Shown in pieces: positions 1-10,039 of a stretch of 64,000 nucleotides of DNA. The notes under the pieces are model-generated. The model did not search any database. It had not been told where the DNA came from and saw only the letters and a program-made list of their open reading frames with translations. The position numbers were made by a program, and so were the translations under genes. Where the stretch lies: the NCBI GenBank assembly GCA_949358305.1, contig OX442314.1, positions 27,838,001-27,902,000 on the forward strand, written 5' to 3'. Each line of letters starts with the position of its first letter. The stretch's first letter is position 1. Source of the DNA: Strigamia acuminata (lineage: Eukaryota).

Positions 1-53
1 TGGCAGCGAATACGCTGAAACTCGCGCCCGTTGCCTCGGAAACAATTAAGGAG

Positions 54-3000
54 ATGGACGTCGACGTTTGTCCCAAGATTGAAGTAACCCATGATTACCA
101 TGAACCATTGGATAAGAACTATTCAGACTACTGGGATTCAGTAGATAAAAAACATTTGATGGTAGCTCAGTTTAAACCATGTGACCTGAGATTTCCTAAA
201 GTTGACCTTACAAAACTTAACGAAGTCTTGGCCGAAAAAACGGCCGACAAACGATACTTTCAATATCACGTTAGGAAAGCGCTACAGTGCTATCCCAAAC
301 CAAGTAAAAATTGGATGGATCGACTTTGGAAAAAATTCCGTCCCAGGTCGAAAGAGGTCGATGAAATCGAAGAAATGACTAGAGCTATGGAAAAAGTCGT
401 TCTATCATATAACGATGAAATGGACGAACTACCTATTGACTATCCTGCATTAGAACATCGGATACGTAGAGTCACCTGCAATTTGAACATGGAAGATTTT
501 ACGGGAATTCCGAAAATACAACTACAAACCATGAAAGGACCAATTACTGGATTGTTGGATTCTGGAGCCAATAGAAGCTTTATGGCGGCTTCAGTAATGC
601 AAAATCTGAAATTGGAAAAAGAATTACAGTACATCTCACCAGGTCTCTGTATTGGAACGGCTGGCAAGGATATTCAACCAGTCGGAACCCTGTTGCTGTC
701 ATTTCGATGGACACATGGAGTCCTTGTGCATCCTTTCATAGTTATTGAACACCGTTTCCCGATGATTTTATTGGGAAATGATTTCATGAAGCGGCTAAGT
801 ATACAGCCGAATCCAAAAACAATGTCATGGAACTTTATTACTCCATTGACCGAAACTTTACCATATATACCGCAGTCAGTTTTGGACAGATATAAAACCA
901 AAATTGAAGAATTACCGCCAGACAATGCTACATTTGTATGTCATGAAGGAATTTTGGCTGGCGCAGCTACTCTGAAAATGGGAGATGATATCACCAAAAT
1001 GGTGAATGATGCCAATCTGACATTGGAGCAAGGACTCTCATTGGCGGAAGTATTGAAGAGACGACAGAGAATTCTATCGAGAGTTCCTGGACGTACACAC
1101 ATAGTGCAGCACGATATCAAGCTGACAACTGATAAACCTATAAGGGTACCATTTAAAAGTTATAACCCTCAGAAAAGGGAAATAATTCGGCAAATCTGTC
1201 AGGATATGGTAGACAAGGGAATTGCTGTGCCTGCCACTGGAGATTATGCCATGCGAATTGTTTTAGTGGTCAAACCGGGGGCCGAACCACGCCTCTGTGT
1301 AGATTATCGGCCATTAAACGAACATACAGAATATGATCCTCCTCAGATGCCGACGATCGAGGAAATTTTGAGAGAAATCGGTTCATTTGAGTGGGTTACC
1401 ACAATCGACTTGACAAAAGGCTATTGGCAGATAGGTTTAACCTCGTCTGCACAGCCGAAAACGGCTTTTTGGAGCCCTATAGGCCGATTAATGTTTTTAG
1501 TTATGGCATTTGGACTGAAAAATGCGCCGACTAGTTTCCAACGTTTAATTGAGAAAGTCCTCGACGAAATGTATAGGCGACAAGCTTGGGCGTACCTGGA
1601 CGATATCATAACTGTTTCAAAGACATATGAAGAACATTTAATCAATGTCGACAAAATTTTAGGAAAATTAGAACAAGCTAATTTGTGTGTCAACCCGGAT
1701 AAGTCGAAATTCTGTAGAAAAGAATTGATTTTTCTTGGGTACAAATTAGGAACCGGCGGACTCGCCGTTGACCCCAAGAAGTTGGATGCAATTACGAAAT
1801 TTCCAACCCCAACCAATCTAAAAGAACTTCAGCGTTTTTTGGGGATGGTTAACTTTTTCCATCGACTTCTAAAAAATTTATCAGTCATGGCAGAACCATT
1901 GAGGCCTTTATTGAAAAAGGATATGGATTTCAATTGGCAACCCAGTCATCAAGAGGCTTTTGAAAAAATTAAAAAAGCCCTCACTGATTCAGGAACAATG
2001 GCCATGCCAGATCTGTATCAACCTTTCATAATTCATACGGACGCCAGTCGTCAAGGACTGGGCGCCGCATTAATGCAAATCCAGCCTGAAAAAGGTGGAC
2101 AAGAAGAACTACCGTGCGTTTATTCAAGCCGTAGCTTGCAGCCGGCTGAAGTAAATTACACGGCTACTGAATTAGAGTGTTTGGCCGTTGTTTGGGCGCT
2201 GAGAAAATATCGCCCTTACATCGAATTTACCAAATTCACCGTTCAAACGGATCATCAGGCCTTGAAATGGCTAATGTCTCTGGAAGAACCGGCAGGACGT
2301 CTGGCGCGATGGCAACTCGAATTAATGGCGTATACATTTGAAATCCAGTATATTAAAGGGCCGTTAAACGTGTTGGCCGATGCTTTGTCTCGAGCTCCTG
2401 TCTGCACGCCCGAAGAAGATAACGTAGACGGTGAAGATGACGATTTATTGGCGTATTGTCCATCGCCATATCGACACTGGAAGCTGGGGGGACCAAATCA
2501 GCTTCCCACATCGGAAGTTGTTGAAGACGAGAGAATAATCAATTTTTGGTCGCATGCTTATGATCCTCCTAATGTGGAATCCAATGAAAAAATTCATCTT
2601 ATGATGACACAAGAGTTTGAATTCCCGTCATCAAATGTCCTCGTCCACACTTTTGCAGCCAACGTTGTGAAGAAATTGGAATGTGAGCCGCCTACAAGAG
2701 AAGAAATTATTGTTGGGCAAAAACAAGATAAAGAATGCCAAAAAATTCGAAATTTCCTGCTCAATGGCTGTTACCCTCCTGAACTTAAGCACGCGATGAG
2801 CAAGAGACGTTTTAAACGGAAGGCGTCCGCTTATCTAATTGAAGAAGATTTACTTCTAAAATTCCATCCAACTCTAACTGATGAGTTAGGAGAAAACGGA
2901 AGAGCGTTAAAAGTGGTTGTACCGGAAAGTCTCGTTTACAGAGTCATCTGGACAGCTCACGGACACCCGTTGTCTGGACACAGTGGTATTACTCGAACGA

Positions 3001-4415
3001 TGTATCGAGCTAGAAGAATCTACGCATGGCCAACGATGAAACGAGATATTACTCGCTTTATCAAACATTGTCAACGCTGCCAGGCTTGCAAGCCAAGGCA
3101 AAAATTAGAAATTGAAGCAGCTCAAATGGGTCCGTATGCTCCCTTTGATTGCTTGAGTGCTGATCTCATGGGGCCGAAACCAAAAACTCCACGAGGTAAC
3201 ACTCACATACTCGTTATAATCGATGTCGCTACAAAATGGCCAGAGATGCGGCCAATGTCGAAACCAACTTCGGCTAAAATAGCTGATTGTATTTATAATT
3301 TATCACTACAATTTGGCTTTCCCCGCAAAATACTGTCTGATAATGGCTCGCAATTTAGATCACAAGTATACCAGAAGTTTTGCGAGAAATTCAAAATGTT
3401 ACCGGCTTATACTTCGCCGTACCATCCTCAGGCGAATCCTGTTGAAAGAACCAACAGAGATATTAAATACTTGATTGCTTTATACACTGATGTTCACACC
3501 CGTTGGGATGAATATTTACGAGAATTTGCCTTCAGTCTGCGAACTACGGTTGCAGCCGGAAGAGAATTCTCACCGGCTTATTTAAATTTCGGCAGAGAAT
3601 TGAGAGTGCCGTGGGATCCGCGCTTGCCAGATGAAGTTCTTGTCGTGGACCCGAAAAATCCTCATGTTTACATTCATCAACTGGAGAAAGTGCTCGCAAG
3701 CACATATCAGCACATGATGTCACATGTATTTGATCTACAAAAAAGAGTGCAAGATCACCAATCAGAAAAGAAGTTCGATAATTTCAAAGTGAACGACTTA
3801 GTCTGGAAAAATTCTCACGTATTATCCAGCGCTGTTAAAGGAATTTCAGCAGGAATCGCTGATCGCCGAACTGGACCTTTTGCCATTATTCGTGCACATC
3901 AAGGCAATGCCTTCGAGTTAAAGCGCTTGGAAGATAATGCAAAATTCCCGTCTATCCACGCATCCGAACTTACACCATATTTCCCTCAATTTACTCAGGA
4001 AATTTGGCGGAGGGGAGAGGTGGTGGGACAACCCACTGAAAATAAAATTAATACATTATTTGAAGACGAAGTGAAAACTTTACCGTCGCTGCCAAATTCC
4101 GATGACGAAGTTGAACACGTGGCGATTAGTTTTGAAAATATTCAAATAGCCCAGGATGATCTACAAACCACGTTGGAACCGGCCACAAAGCCGAAAAAAG
4201 CAAAGCGAAGATCCATGCTACACCCAGTGGTATCTCAAAATACAGATTTAGACAAAAATGACGAGAAATCGGCTAAAAAATATAACATGAGAAGCCGGAA
4301 ATCACCAAAACAGAGAGTAACTAGTCGATTCTGCGCAGAACGCGGACGACAAGACAGTACTCTAGTGAGTGATGGAGACATAATGATGTCACATCATTCT
4401 AAAAATAGTAATTAA
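54..4415 (+). CDS. pol: Gypsy Pol polyprotein (aspartic protease, RT, RNase H, integrase); true start or gag fusion may be upstream
   Basis: Motifs seen: LLDSGA (protease); RLCVDYR and YLDD (RT); HTDAS, ELECLA, TDH (RNase H); H..H..CQRC zinc finger; DLMG, SDNG, ERTN (integrase DDE); GPF. Uninterrupted 1453 aa. Confidence 0.97.
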   Translation: MDVDVCPKIEVTHDYHEPLDKNYSDYWDSVDKKHLMVAQFKPCDLRFPKVDLTKLNEVLAEKTADKRYFQYHVRKALQCYPKPSKNWMDRLWKKFRPRSKEVDEIEEMTRAMEKVVLSYNDEMDELPIDYPALEHRIRRVTCNLNMEDFTGIPKIQLQTMKGPITGLLDSGANRSFMAASVMQNLKLEKELQYISPGLCIGTAGKDIQPVGTLLLSFRWTHGVLVHPFIVIEHRFPMILLGNDFMKRLSIQPNPKTMSWNFITPLTETLPYIPQSVLDRYKTKIEELPPDNATFVCHEGILAGAATLKMGDDITKMVNDANLTLEQGLSLAEVLKRRQRILSRVPGRTHIVQHDIKLTTDKPIRVPFKSYNPQKREIIRQICQDMVDKGIAVPATGDYAMRIVLVVKPGAEPRLCVDYRPLNEHTEYDPPQMPTIEEILREIGSFEWVTTIDLTKGYWQIGLTSSAQPKTAFWSPIGRLMFLVMAFGLKNAPTSFQRLIEKVLDEMYRRQAWAYLDDIITVSKTYEEHLINVDKILGKLEQANLCVNPDKSKFCRKELIFLGYKLGTGGLAVDPKKLDAITKFPTPTNLKELQRFLGMVNFFHRLLKNLSVMAEPLRPLLKKDMDFNWQPSHQEAFEKIKKALTDSGTMAMPDLYQPFIIHTDASRQGLGAALMQIQPEKGGQEELPCVYSSRSLQPAEVNYTATELECLAVVWALRKYRPYIEFTKFTVQTDHQALKWLMSLEEPAGRLARWQLELMAYTFEIQYIKGPLNVLADALSRAPVCTPEEDNVDGEDDDLLAYCPSPYRHWKLGGPNQLPTSEVVEDERIINFWSHAYDPPNVESNEKIHLMMTQEFEFPSSNVLVHTFAANVVKKLECEPPTREEIIVGQKQDKECQKIRNFLLNGCYPPELKHAMSKRRFKRKASAYLIEEDLLLKFHPTLTDELGENGRALKVVVPESLVYRVIWTAHGHPLSGHSGITRTMYRARRIYAWPTMKRDITRFIKHCQRCQACKPRQKLEIEAAQMGPYAPFDCLSADLMGPKPKTPRGNTHILVIIDVATKWPEMRPMSKPTSAKIADCIYNLSLQFGFPRKILSDNGSQFRSQVYQKFCEKFKMLPAYTSPYHPQANPVERTNRDIKYLIALYTDVHTRWDEYLREFAFSLRTTVAAGREFSPAYLNFGRELRVPWDPRLPDEVLVVDPKNPHVYIHQLEKVLASTYQHMMSHVFDLQKRVQDHQSEKKFDNFKVNDLVWKNSHVLSSAVKGISAGIADRRTGPFAIIRAHQGNAFELKRLEDNAKFPSIHASELTPYFPQFTQEIWRRGEVVGQPTENKINTLFEDEVKTLPSLPNSDDEVEHVAISFENIQIAQDDLQTTLEPATKPKKAKRRSMLHPVVSQNTDLDKNDEKSAKKYNMRSRKSPKQRVTSRFCAERGRQDSTLVSDGDIMMSHHSKNSN

Positions 4416-4628
4416 AATGACGTAGTTCATACGGCGACCAATCAGCATCATGTTGGGGGACTTTGCAAAAATTTGTTACTTTCCAAAGTGAAACCACTCC
4501 GACAACACACTGATTGGGACGATCCGCCGATTAACGAAGGAAAAGAATAGATTCAACTTCGTAAGTGAAACAGTTAGTTTGAAATGATTAGATTTTTCAC
4601 GGAAAACAAACGGCCCATTCACAGAATC

Positions 4629-4898
4629 ATGGCCGAAGGTGGCGAAGGACCGCCCAACATCGATTCGGACTCGGAGCCCGAAAGAAATCTCGTGATGAAT
4701 CCGCCCGACGAAATGTTAAATGAAGATTTCGATCTGCAAAATCAGGTGAATATCGCCATTGAGAAAATTAAAAAAGCCGTTGAAATGTTGAAATCGGCTG
4801 ACAAACGAATTTATAACCAAGCCCGACGGACGCTCAAAAAATACCGAAAGTTCGTAAAAACTGAGACAGATCGTGTTGAAAGTATGTTAAACGAATAG
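4629..4898 (+). CDS. Small accessory ORF of the gypsy element (acidic N-terminus, helical/coiled-coil C-terminus), ~89 aa
   Basis: Within ORF 4584-4898. A putative intron gtaagt(4561)...cacag(4624) ends just before aatcATGgcc at 4629. Confidence 0.5.
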   Translation: MAEGGEGPPNIDSDSEPERNLVMNPPDEMLNEDFDLQNQVNIAIEKIKKAVEMLKSADKRIYNQARRTLKKYRKFVKTETDRVESMLNE

Positions 4899-5178
4899 CT
4901 CGTTGAATTTCACGTAGTTATGTTCCACTTTTCTATCACAAAAGTTGGCTAAAAAGACCGAAAAAATTCAAGAAAAACTTTGTCAGTTCAAAAAATCACT
5001 TAACAAATTTCAAATGGCGCCATTTTTTATGATCATGTGACTTCGCCCGACGGCTAGTAAGCGTTGTGAGGGAGTTGCCATGACGACAGCGCTCAATTTC
5101 CTTTTGCTAAAAAATATTTAAACAAAATATTATTCACCAGTTAATAATTAAAACTTTCAAACGTTTCTGTAGATATTA

Positions 5179-7854
5179 ATGGCAATCAATCAGCCGTATG
5201 CGTTACCAGATTACGTACCCATGGTAACAGGAATCTTTAGAGGCGAATTATCCGCCGAAGTCCGACGTTTACGACAACTTGGTCAGACGTGGGAGGATGT
5301 GAGACAAGAGTTCTCAAATGCCATCGCCGCACATTGGGGCTGTAGATGCCGAATTTGTGGACGGCTAATGGTAGCCGACCCTGTTTCCTGGAACCTAAGA
5401 ATCGATTCGCCATCACCGTTGAGATCCAGATTGCTTTTTGGCTGGCTCTTTCCCACGGAGGAGGAAGACACGGACTTCTACGGGTTTTTCCGGATTGCCC
5501 ATGCCAAAAGGAATGACTATTTGGACGCCATTTGGGAGAAACTCAAGGCCCGGAAGGATGAAGTTATGCGAAAGCTACAAGAAGAGCAAGCATGGTGGGC
5601 CGATCGTCACAAACATTACGATTTAGCAGATCTCGCCAGTTCACAATATGAAATGCACATTCTGGGGTTGGCCGGACATTTCGGCCACGCTCGTGCCCGA
5701 TTCCGTGACTGGGAACGTCAAAGAGACGTATATCACGACCAAGAACGCAATGATAAGCGTGTACGGTCGAGTTCAGTTGCATCAAACGAACCACGTGCCA
5801 AGATGACCTGTGGCAATCACCACAATACGGCTTCGAGAGCCGTTGATAATGTTTTGGAAGCCAGAGTTTCACGATGGGACGCGGCTTGCCGATACCCTGG
5901 AGGAGTGGATCCGTACGTCGCTCGCCCAGGAACCAGACCAGATTTGCTTCGTGCCAACGGCCGACTCAAGCATCGTGCAGGCCGACAAAACCGCGAAAAG
6001 TTAGAGCGCGAACGCTTGGCCCTGATGCCACCACCGCCCAAGGACGACGAATTGCCTGGCCGATGGGATCGCGAAGTCGAAGAGCATTCCATGCAAGTCA
6101 CCCTTCGCAAGAAAGCAGCGTTAGAGCAACAGCAAGCTGACTGGGACGCCTGTTTCCAATCGCCTGATGCAGAAGAACCAACGATAGGATCCAATGAGAC
6201 TTTGATGTTAAATACACCAACGTCAGTGTCCGCCTTGGAGGGAGGAAGTTCCGCGGAAGTCCACATCGTAGACCGAAGCTACAGAATTTCACCTCCAACA
6301 ATGGCCGACAACACGGCCTGTGAATGGAAGAGCCTTCCAAACACACAAAATTCGAATGACCAGGCGAACCACCGGCCAATCGAAGGGCCGATTCCTGTAG
6401 AGTGTCGAGAGTACACGGATTCAATAAACCCAGACCCGAGCCTTCCAGAGCCTCGATTGCCCACGAGAAAATTCGGGATGGTATCCCAAGTTTTGAAAAA
6501 GGGATTCGATCAGCATTATGACGCCATGTGGCAGGGGTTCTGTGAAGCGCCGTTAGAGACTCAGGAGATTGAGTTGTCTGACATGGACTTATACCAAATA
6601 GCTCAAGTCACCGAGAGTCTGAAAGGTAGTCGTCGTGTCGCCGGCTTGCTGAACCGAATGGAGCCGACGGGACCCGACGACCCACGTTTGAATGAGTTAC
6701 AGCGACAGCTTGTGCCGAGTTATCGGAGAATTTTGTTTCCCGGGGTGTTCGACAGCCCGAGACCAGGCTTCGCTGCCACCACGTGCCTAAGAACGGCCGC
6801 CATGGCCGTTAAACCTGAGTTTCTAGATTGTTGGCGGTCCATCCAATTGGATCCGCCCACCATGTGCAGCGAATTGATGCGCCAAGTTGCCGTCATTGGA
6901 GAAAACCCGGCCGCATCGGCCATTCGTCTCCGACGCGAGTGGGACATGCGCAAAATCACGTTCCAGCAAGAGCTGAAAACAATTCGACCGGCAGGAATGC
7001 CGCCGAGGGATCAGACGCCTAGGAGAAAGACGCCAGAAGCCACGTACACGCCAACTGCTGCCGCAATCGAAAGCCAAGCTGTTACCCAAACCACGACTGA
7101 ACCGTCCAACAGTCACGTCGCCATGGATGTAGAAAATTTCGACGATCCAAGACCTGGACCGAGTCGAGGTCGAGCTACAACCTCAAGTTCAACCACCTTT
7201 TTTACGCACGTCGAAAACACCGATTTGGGGGCGCGACTCAAAACTCGACCGAAACCACGCGGAGCTTTGATCCTCCGGCCCGGGGGCCGATCTTGTTGCG
7301 TAAAACGTCCAGACGAGTCAGCTGCGGCGCCCAACCCGCCGACACCACCCAGGAGTGTTCATTCGCCTATTCGAGCGCCCACTCCATCGCCCAAGAAGGA
7401 CGATCCACCGAATTCAATCCAATCGGCGGCCGGAACTGCCGAAGCCAAGAAGCAAGAGAGCAGCCCAATCTACATTAAGCTGCGACAAACGTACCCAAGA
7501 CTCGAGATGCATCCGCACACGAGGATTTTGCTCAAACATAATGTGGAGCTTTGCCACCACGTTTTCAACTGGCTCGAGCGGAAAATACGAAAGAAGAGGC
7601 CGTGGATGTTGCACCAACGGCTGATCCGAGCTCGCCGACGCCCGTCCAACCCGCAAGAATTTTATGAGATGGCGTTTGGAGATGACGCCTTATCCCGACT
7701 CATCCGAAGTGTGTGGATACACGTCAACCCCGGCCTTTCGTCAGGGCCGAATACGGGACAACCGTTTATCAATGTCAACGAGAGCGGAAATCCGTTGTCC
7801 GACGAGACGGACATGATGTCAATAGACTTACCTTCACCCAAAACACCCGAGTAG
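5179..7854 (+). CDS. Large accessory ORF of the gypsy element, 891 aa, unknown function, not env-like
   Basis: 2.7-kb open frame between pol and PPT. CxCxxC (WGCRCRICG) near the N-terminus, Pro/Ser/Thr-rich tracts, no signal peptide or TM segment seen. AATAAA follows at ~7877. Confidence 0.8.
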   Translation: MAINQPYALPDYVPMVTGIFRGELSAEVRRLRQLGQTWEDVRQEFSNAIAAHWGCRCRICGRLMVADPVSWNLRIDSPSPLRSRLLFGWLFPTEEEDTDFYGFFRIAHAKRNDYLDAIWEKLKARKDEVMRKLQEEQAWWADRHKHYDLADLASSQYEMHILGLAGHFGHARARFRDWERQRDVYHDQERNDKRVRSSSVASNEPRAKMTCGNHHNTASRAVDNVLEARVSRWDAACRYPGGVDPYVARPGTRPDLLRANGRLKHRAGRQNREKLERERLALMPPPPKDDELPGRWDREVEEHSMQVTLRKKAALEQQQADWDACFQSPDAEEPTIGSNETLMLNTPTSVSALEGGSSAEVHIVDRSYRISPPTMADNTACEWKSLPNTQNSNDQANHRPIEGPIPVECREYTDSINPDPSLPEPRLPTRKFGMVSQVLKKGFDQHYDAMWQGFCEAPLETQEIELSDMDLYQIAQVTESLKGSRRVAGLLNRMEPTGPDDPRLNELQRQLVPSYRRILFPGVFDSPRPGFAATTCLRTAAMAVKPEFLDCWRSIQLDPPTMCSELMRQVAVIGENPAASAIRLRREWDMRKITFQQELKTIRPAGMPPRDQTPRRKTPEATYTPTAAAIESQAVTQTTTEPSNSHVAMDVENFDDPRPGPSRGRATTSSSTTFFTHVENTDLGARLKTRPKPRGALILRPGGRSCCVKRPDESAAAPNPPTPPRSVHSPIRAPTPSPKKDDPPNSIQSAAGTAEAKKQESSPIYIKLRQTYPRLEMHPHTRILLKHNVELCHHVFNWLERKIRKKRPWMLHQRLIRARRRPSNPQEFYEMAFGDDALSRLIRSVWIHVNPGLSSGPNTGQPFINVNESGNPLSDETDMMSIDLPSPKTPE

Positions 7855-8105
7855 GCCGATTGCGGCCAAAAAGCATAAATAAATCTGGTTGTTTCCGAAA
7901 ATAAGTCTTTTCGAGAAACGTTTATTTTCATGAATATCCCTTTCATTTAATTATTTAATCACCAATGTTTTCTTTTAATGCATGTATCTATTATTATACA
8001 GTATAACGAATATTAAAAAATATCTATGTCAAATTTGAAAAAAGAAAATTACCTGGTCTTGTTGTAATTAACTAAGAAACAAACAAAAAATTGTAAAAGT
8101 TAATT

Positions 8106-8114
8106 GGGGGGAAG
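8106..8114 (+). promoter_or_regulatory. Polypurine tract (plus-strand primer)
   Basis: GGGGGGAAG immediately 5' of the LTR start TGTTGCG. Confidence 0.9.
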
Positions 8115-9293
8115 TGTTGCGATCTCAAATGTTCACTTCATTTGTGGAGAAGTTTTTCTACCACGTTTTTAACATATTATTTATATTTTAACCGTAATCA
8201 TTAGAATTGTGTTTTTTGCCATGCACCTGTTGCGCTTTTGGGCAATTGGCCCAGAAGCTGTAACGGCTGCCCTGGCATTTTGAGCCCTGGATTGGGGCGT
8301 TGCTAAGTCAATCCCCAAATTTTGCACCGTTGCTAGGGCTGAAGCGTGCCTTGGCACACGCCACGCCTGCGCACTGGCCGTTTTCCGGCCATATTCCGAG
8401 TAATAATTCGAATTATTACTCACTCTTCGCATCACACTCATACCGTTCACACCGACACAGCTTTGTTCACTAACCAGAAACACTGTTTTGTCCGTGACTC
8501 GTGAGTTTGCCAAGTTTCAACCCGATTTGTTTGAACCAACGTTCAAACGAATCACTTTCCGAGCCGCGAAGACGACGCACGACGGCCCAAACCACCGTCG
8601 TTCCCGCCGCCGCCCGAAGACCAACGCGCCCACGCCGTTGAAGATCGACGCCAGCCAGCCGCCGAGGATTGCAGAGCCATCGTCGCCGCTCCTCGACCTG
8701 TTGACGACGATTCCGATTCAGATTGCAGCGGATCTCCAGTCAGGTTTTAACGATCGGCGGTACCCGCCGTTTGACTACTTGTCTCCAACGGAAATCTCCC
8801 GTTGCAATCTAGGGTTTAACCCAAGATTTCCCGTCTTGTCAGGCTTAACAGCCGACACTCTTTGTGAAGTCTTTCGGCTTCACGCTTCCTTTCTCACTTC
8901 GCAGAATTTGCGCGGCGACGTGTCGCCATTTCTGCACTGCTTTTTCCCGCCCGAAGGAGTCCCGCGCTGCTTCGAGCACGTCGCCTTCCACGCCGACGAC
9001 ATCATTCTCGTAGAACCCATTTTATTAACATTCTCTTCAATTGAACCTGTAATTAACGCTCAATAAATTGATTAACTGTTTGATTTAAAATAACTAAACT
9101 AGCCTTTATTCGAGATCAAATCCCTAGACACCGACTTAACGGCTAACCCACCCGATAGAAGACCTATAAACGGCATTCAACTGCTTCCACAGGTGAACGC
9201 CGGGATCTCTCGCAATTGGAAAAATCCCATAGTGACTAAATATAAATTTAGTGTTGTTGTGAAAATTCAATTGGAACCATCAGGAACGCAACA
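8115..9293 (+). repeat. 3' LTR of the gypsy element (1179 bp)
   Basis: Ends are TGTTGCG...CGCAACA (7-bp inverted termini). Follows the PPT, has AATAAA at 9062, and host exon sequence resumes at 9294. Confidence 0.9.
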
Positions 9294-9526
9294 CAGTTGA
9301 ATTAAAATACAAGAATTCTGTTTTCGGCAGTACACTGATTACGAAAACAGGTAAAATTCATATAATCATATTTTCCATTTATTATATAATCTTTTTGGCT
9401 CTATTTTTTTATTTTTTTATTTTTTAAGATTTACTACCGGTTCAAAAGAGAAAATTGCATATCCTTTTTAAAAAAAATGGAACCTGTGACGAACCAGTGG
9501 TTGCAGTCAGTTCACTTTGTCAAATT

Positions 9527-10039
9527 GGGGATTTGTAATACGTGCAATATTCTTACGCGCGATAATACAAATCACACCTAAGAATGGTGTTGCATAGTGC
9601 AAATATTCGTACCTGCGACGCGTACAAATTACGTAGGCATGTGTGTGCGCAATTAACGGGCGTACAAATCGGCCGAAAATGTCGGTGCCGACTCCAAGTC
9701 GCTTTGCTTGCGATGTTGGCACTGACTTCTACCAATCATGCACTGACCGCTCCACACTGCGGGGCGTGACGGCATTCCCCATACCCCTAGACAACACATA
9801 TTAAAGGCCAGCAACCAATAATAGGGAGTCTTTGTCATTTATTCGTGAGTATGCGTTCCACACCAGGATGACCAATCCCCGGGTTACCTTGGCGAAGACC
9901 ATACCAGTCACAATACTTATGATGTGCACATGTGCGACGTCGCGCATGAACACACTTACAAAACTTGTTGTCGCAGTGCATGCATGCAAACATTATCTCA
10001 ACGTCGCGAGTAAGAATATCCCATGTATGATAGAGGCCC
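9527..10039. mobile_element. Non-autonomous TIR element in ENaC intron 3 (second copy at 30988-31500)
   Basis: 8-bp TSD GTCAAATT at 9519-9526 and 10040-10047. Imperfect terminal inverted repeats (GGGGATT...aatattctt / aagaatat...GGCCC). Confidence 0.7.

Larger units (their letters stand above)
1..9293 (+). mobile_element. Ty3/gypsy LTR retrotransposon, 3' portion (gag and 5' LTR lie upstream of the window), inserted in exon 2 of DEG/ENaC copy 1
   Basis: pol has PR-RT-RH-IN order. PPT is at 8106-8114, followed by an LTR. Sequence after 9293 (cagttgaattaaaa...) matches the middle of exon 2 of the paralog at 27879. Confidence 0.95.

Noticed and set aside
5179..7854. env gene call for ORF4
   Set aside because: No signal peptide, TM anchor or Cys-rich ectodomain pattern is visible.
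8488..9066. 192-aa ORF after ORF4
   Set aside because: Lies wholly within the GC-rich LTR, starts at TTG and has no recognisable motif; probably incidental.
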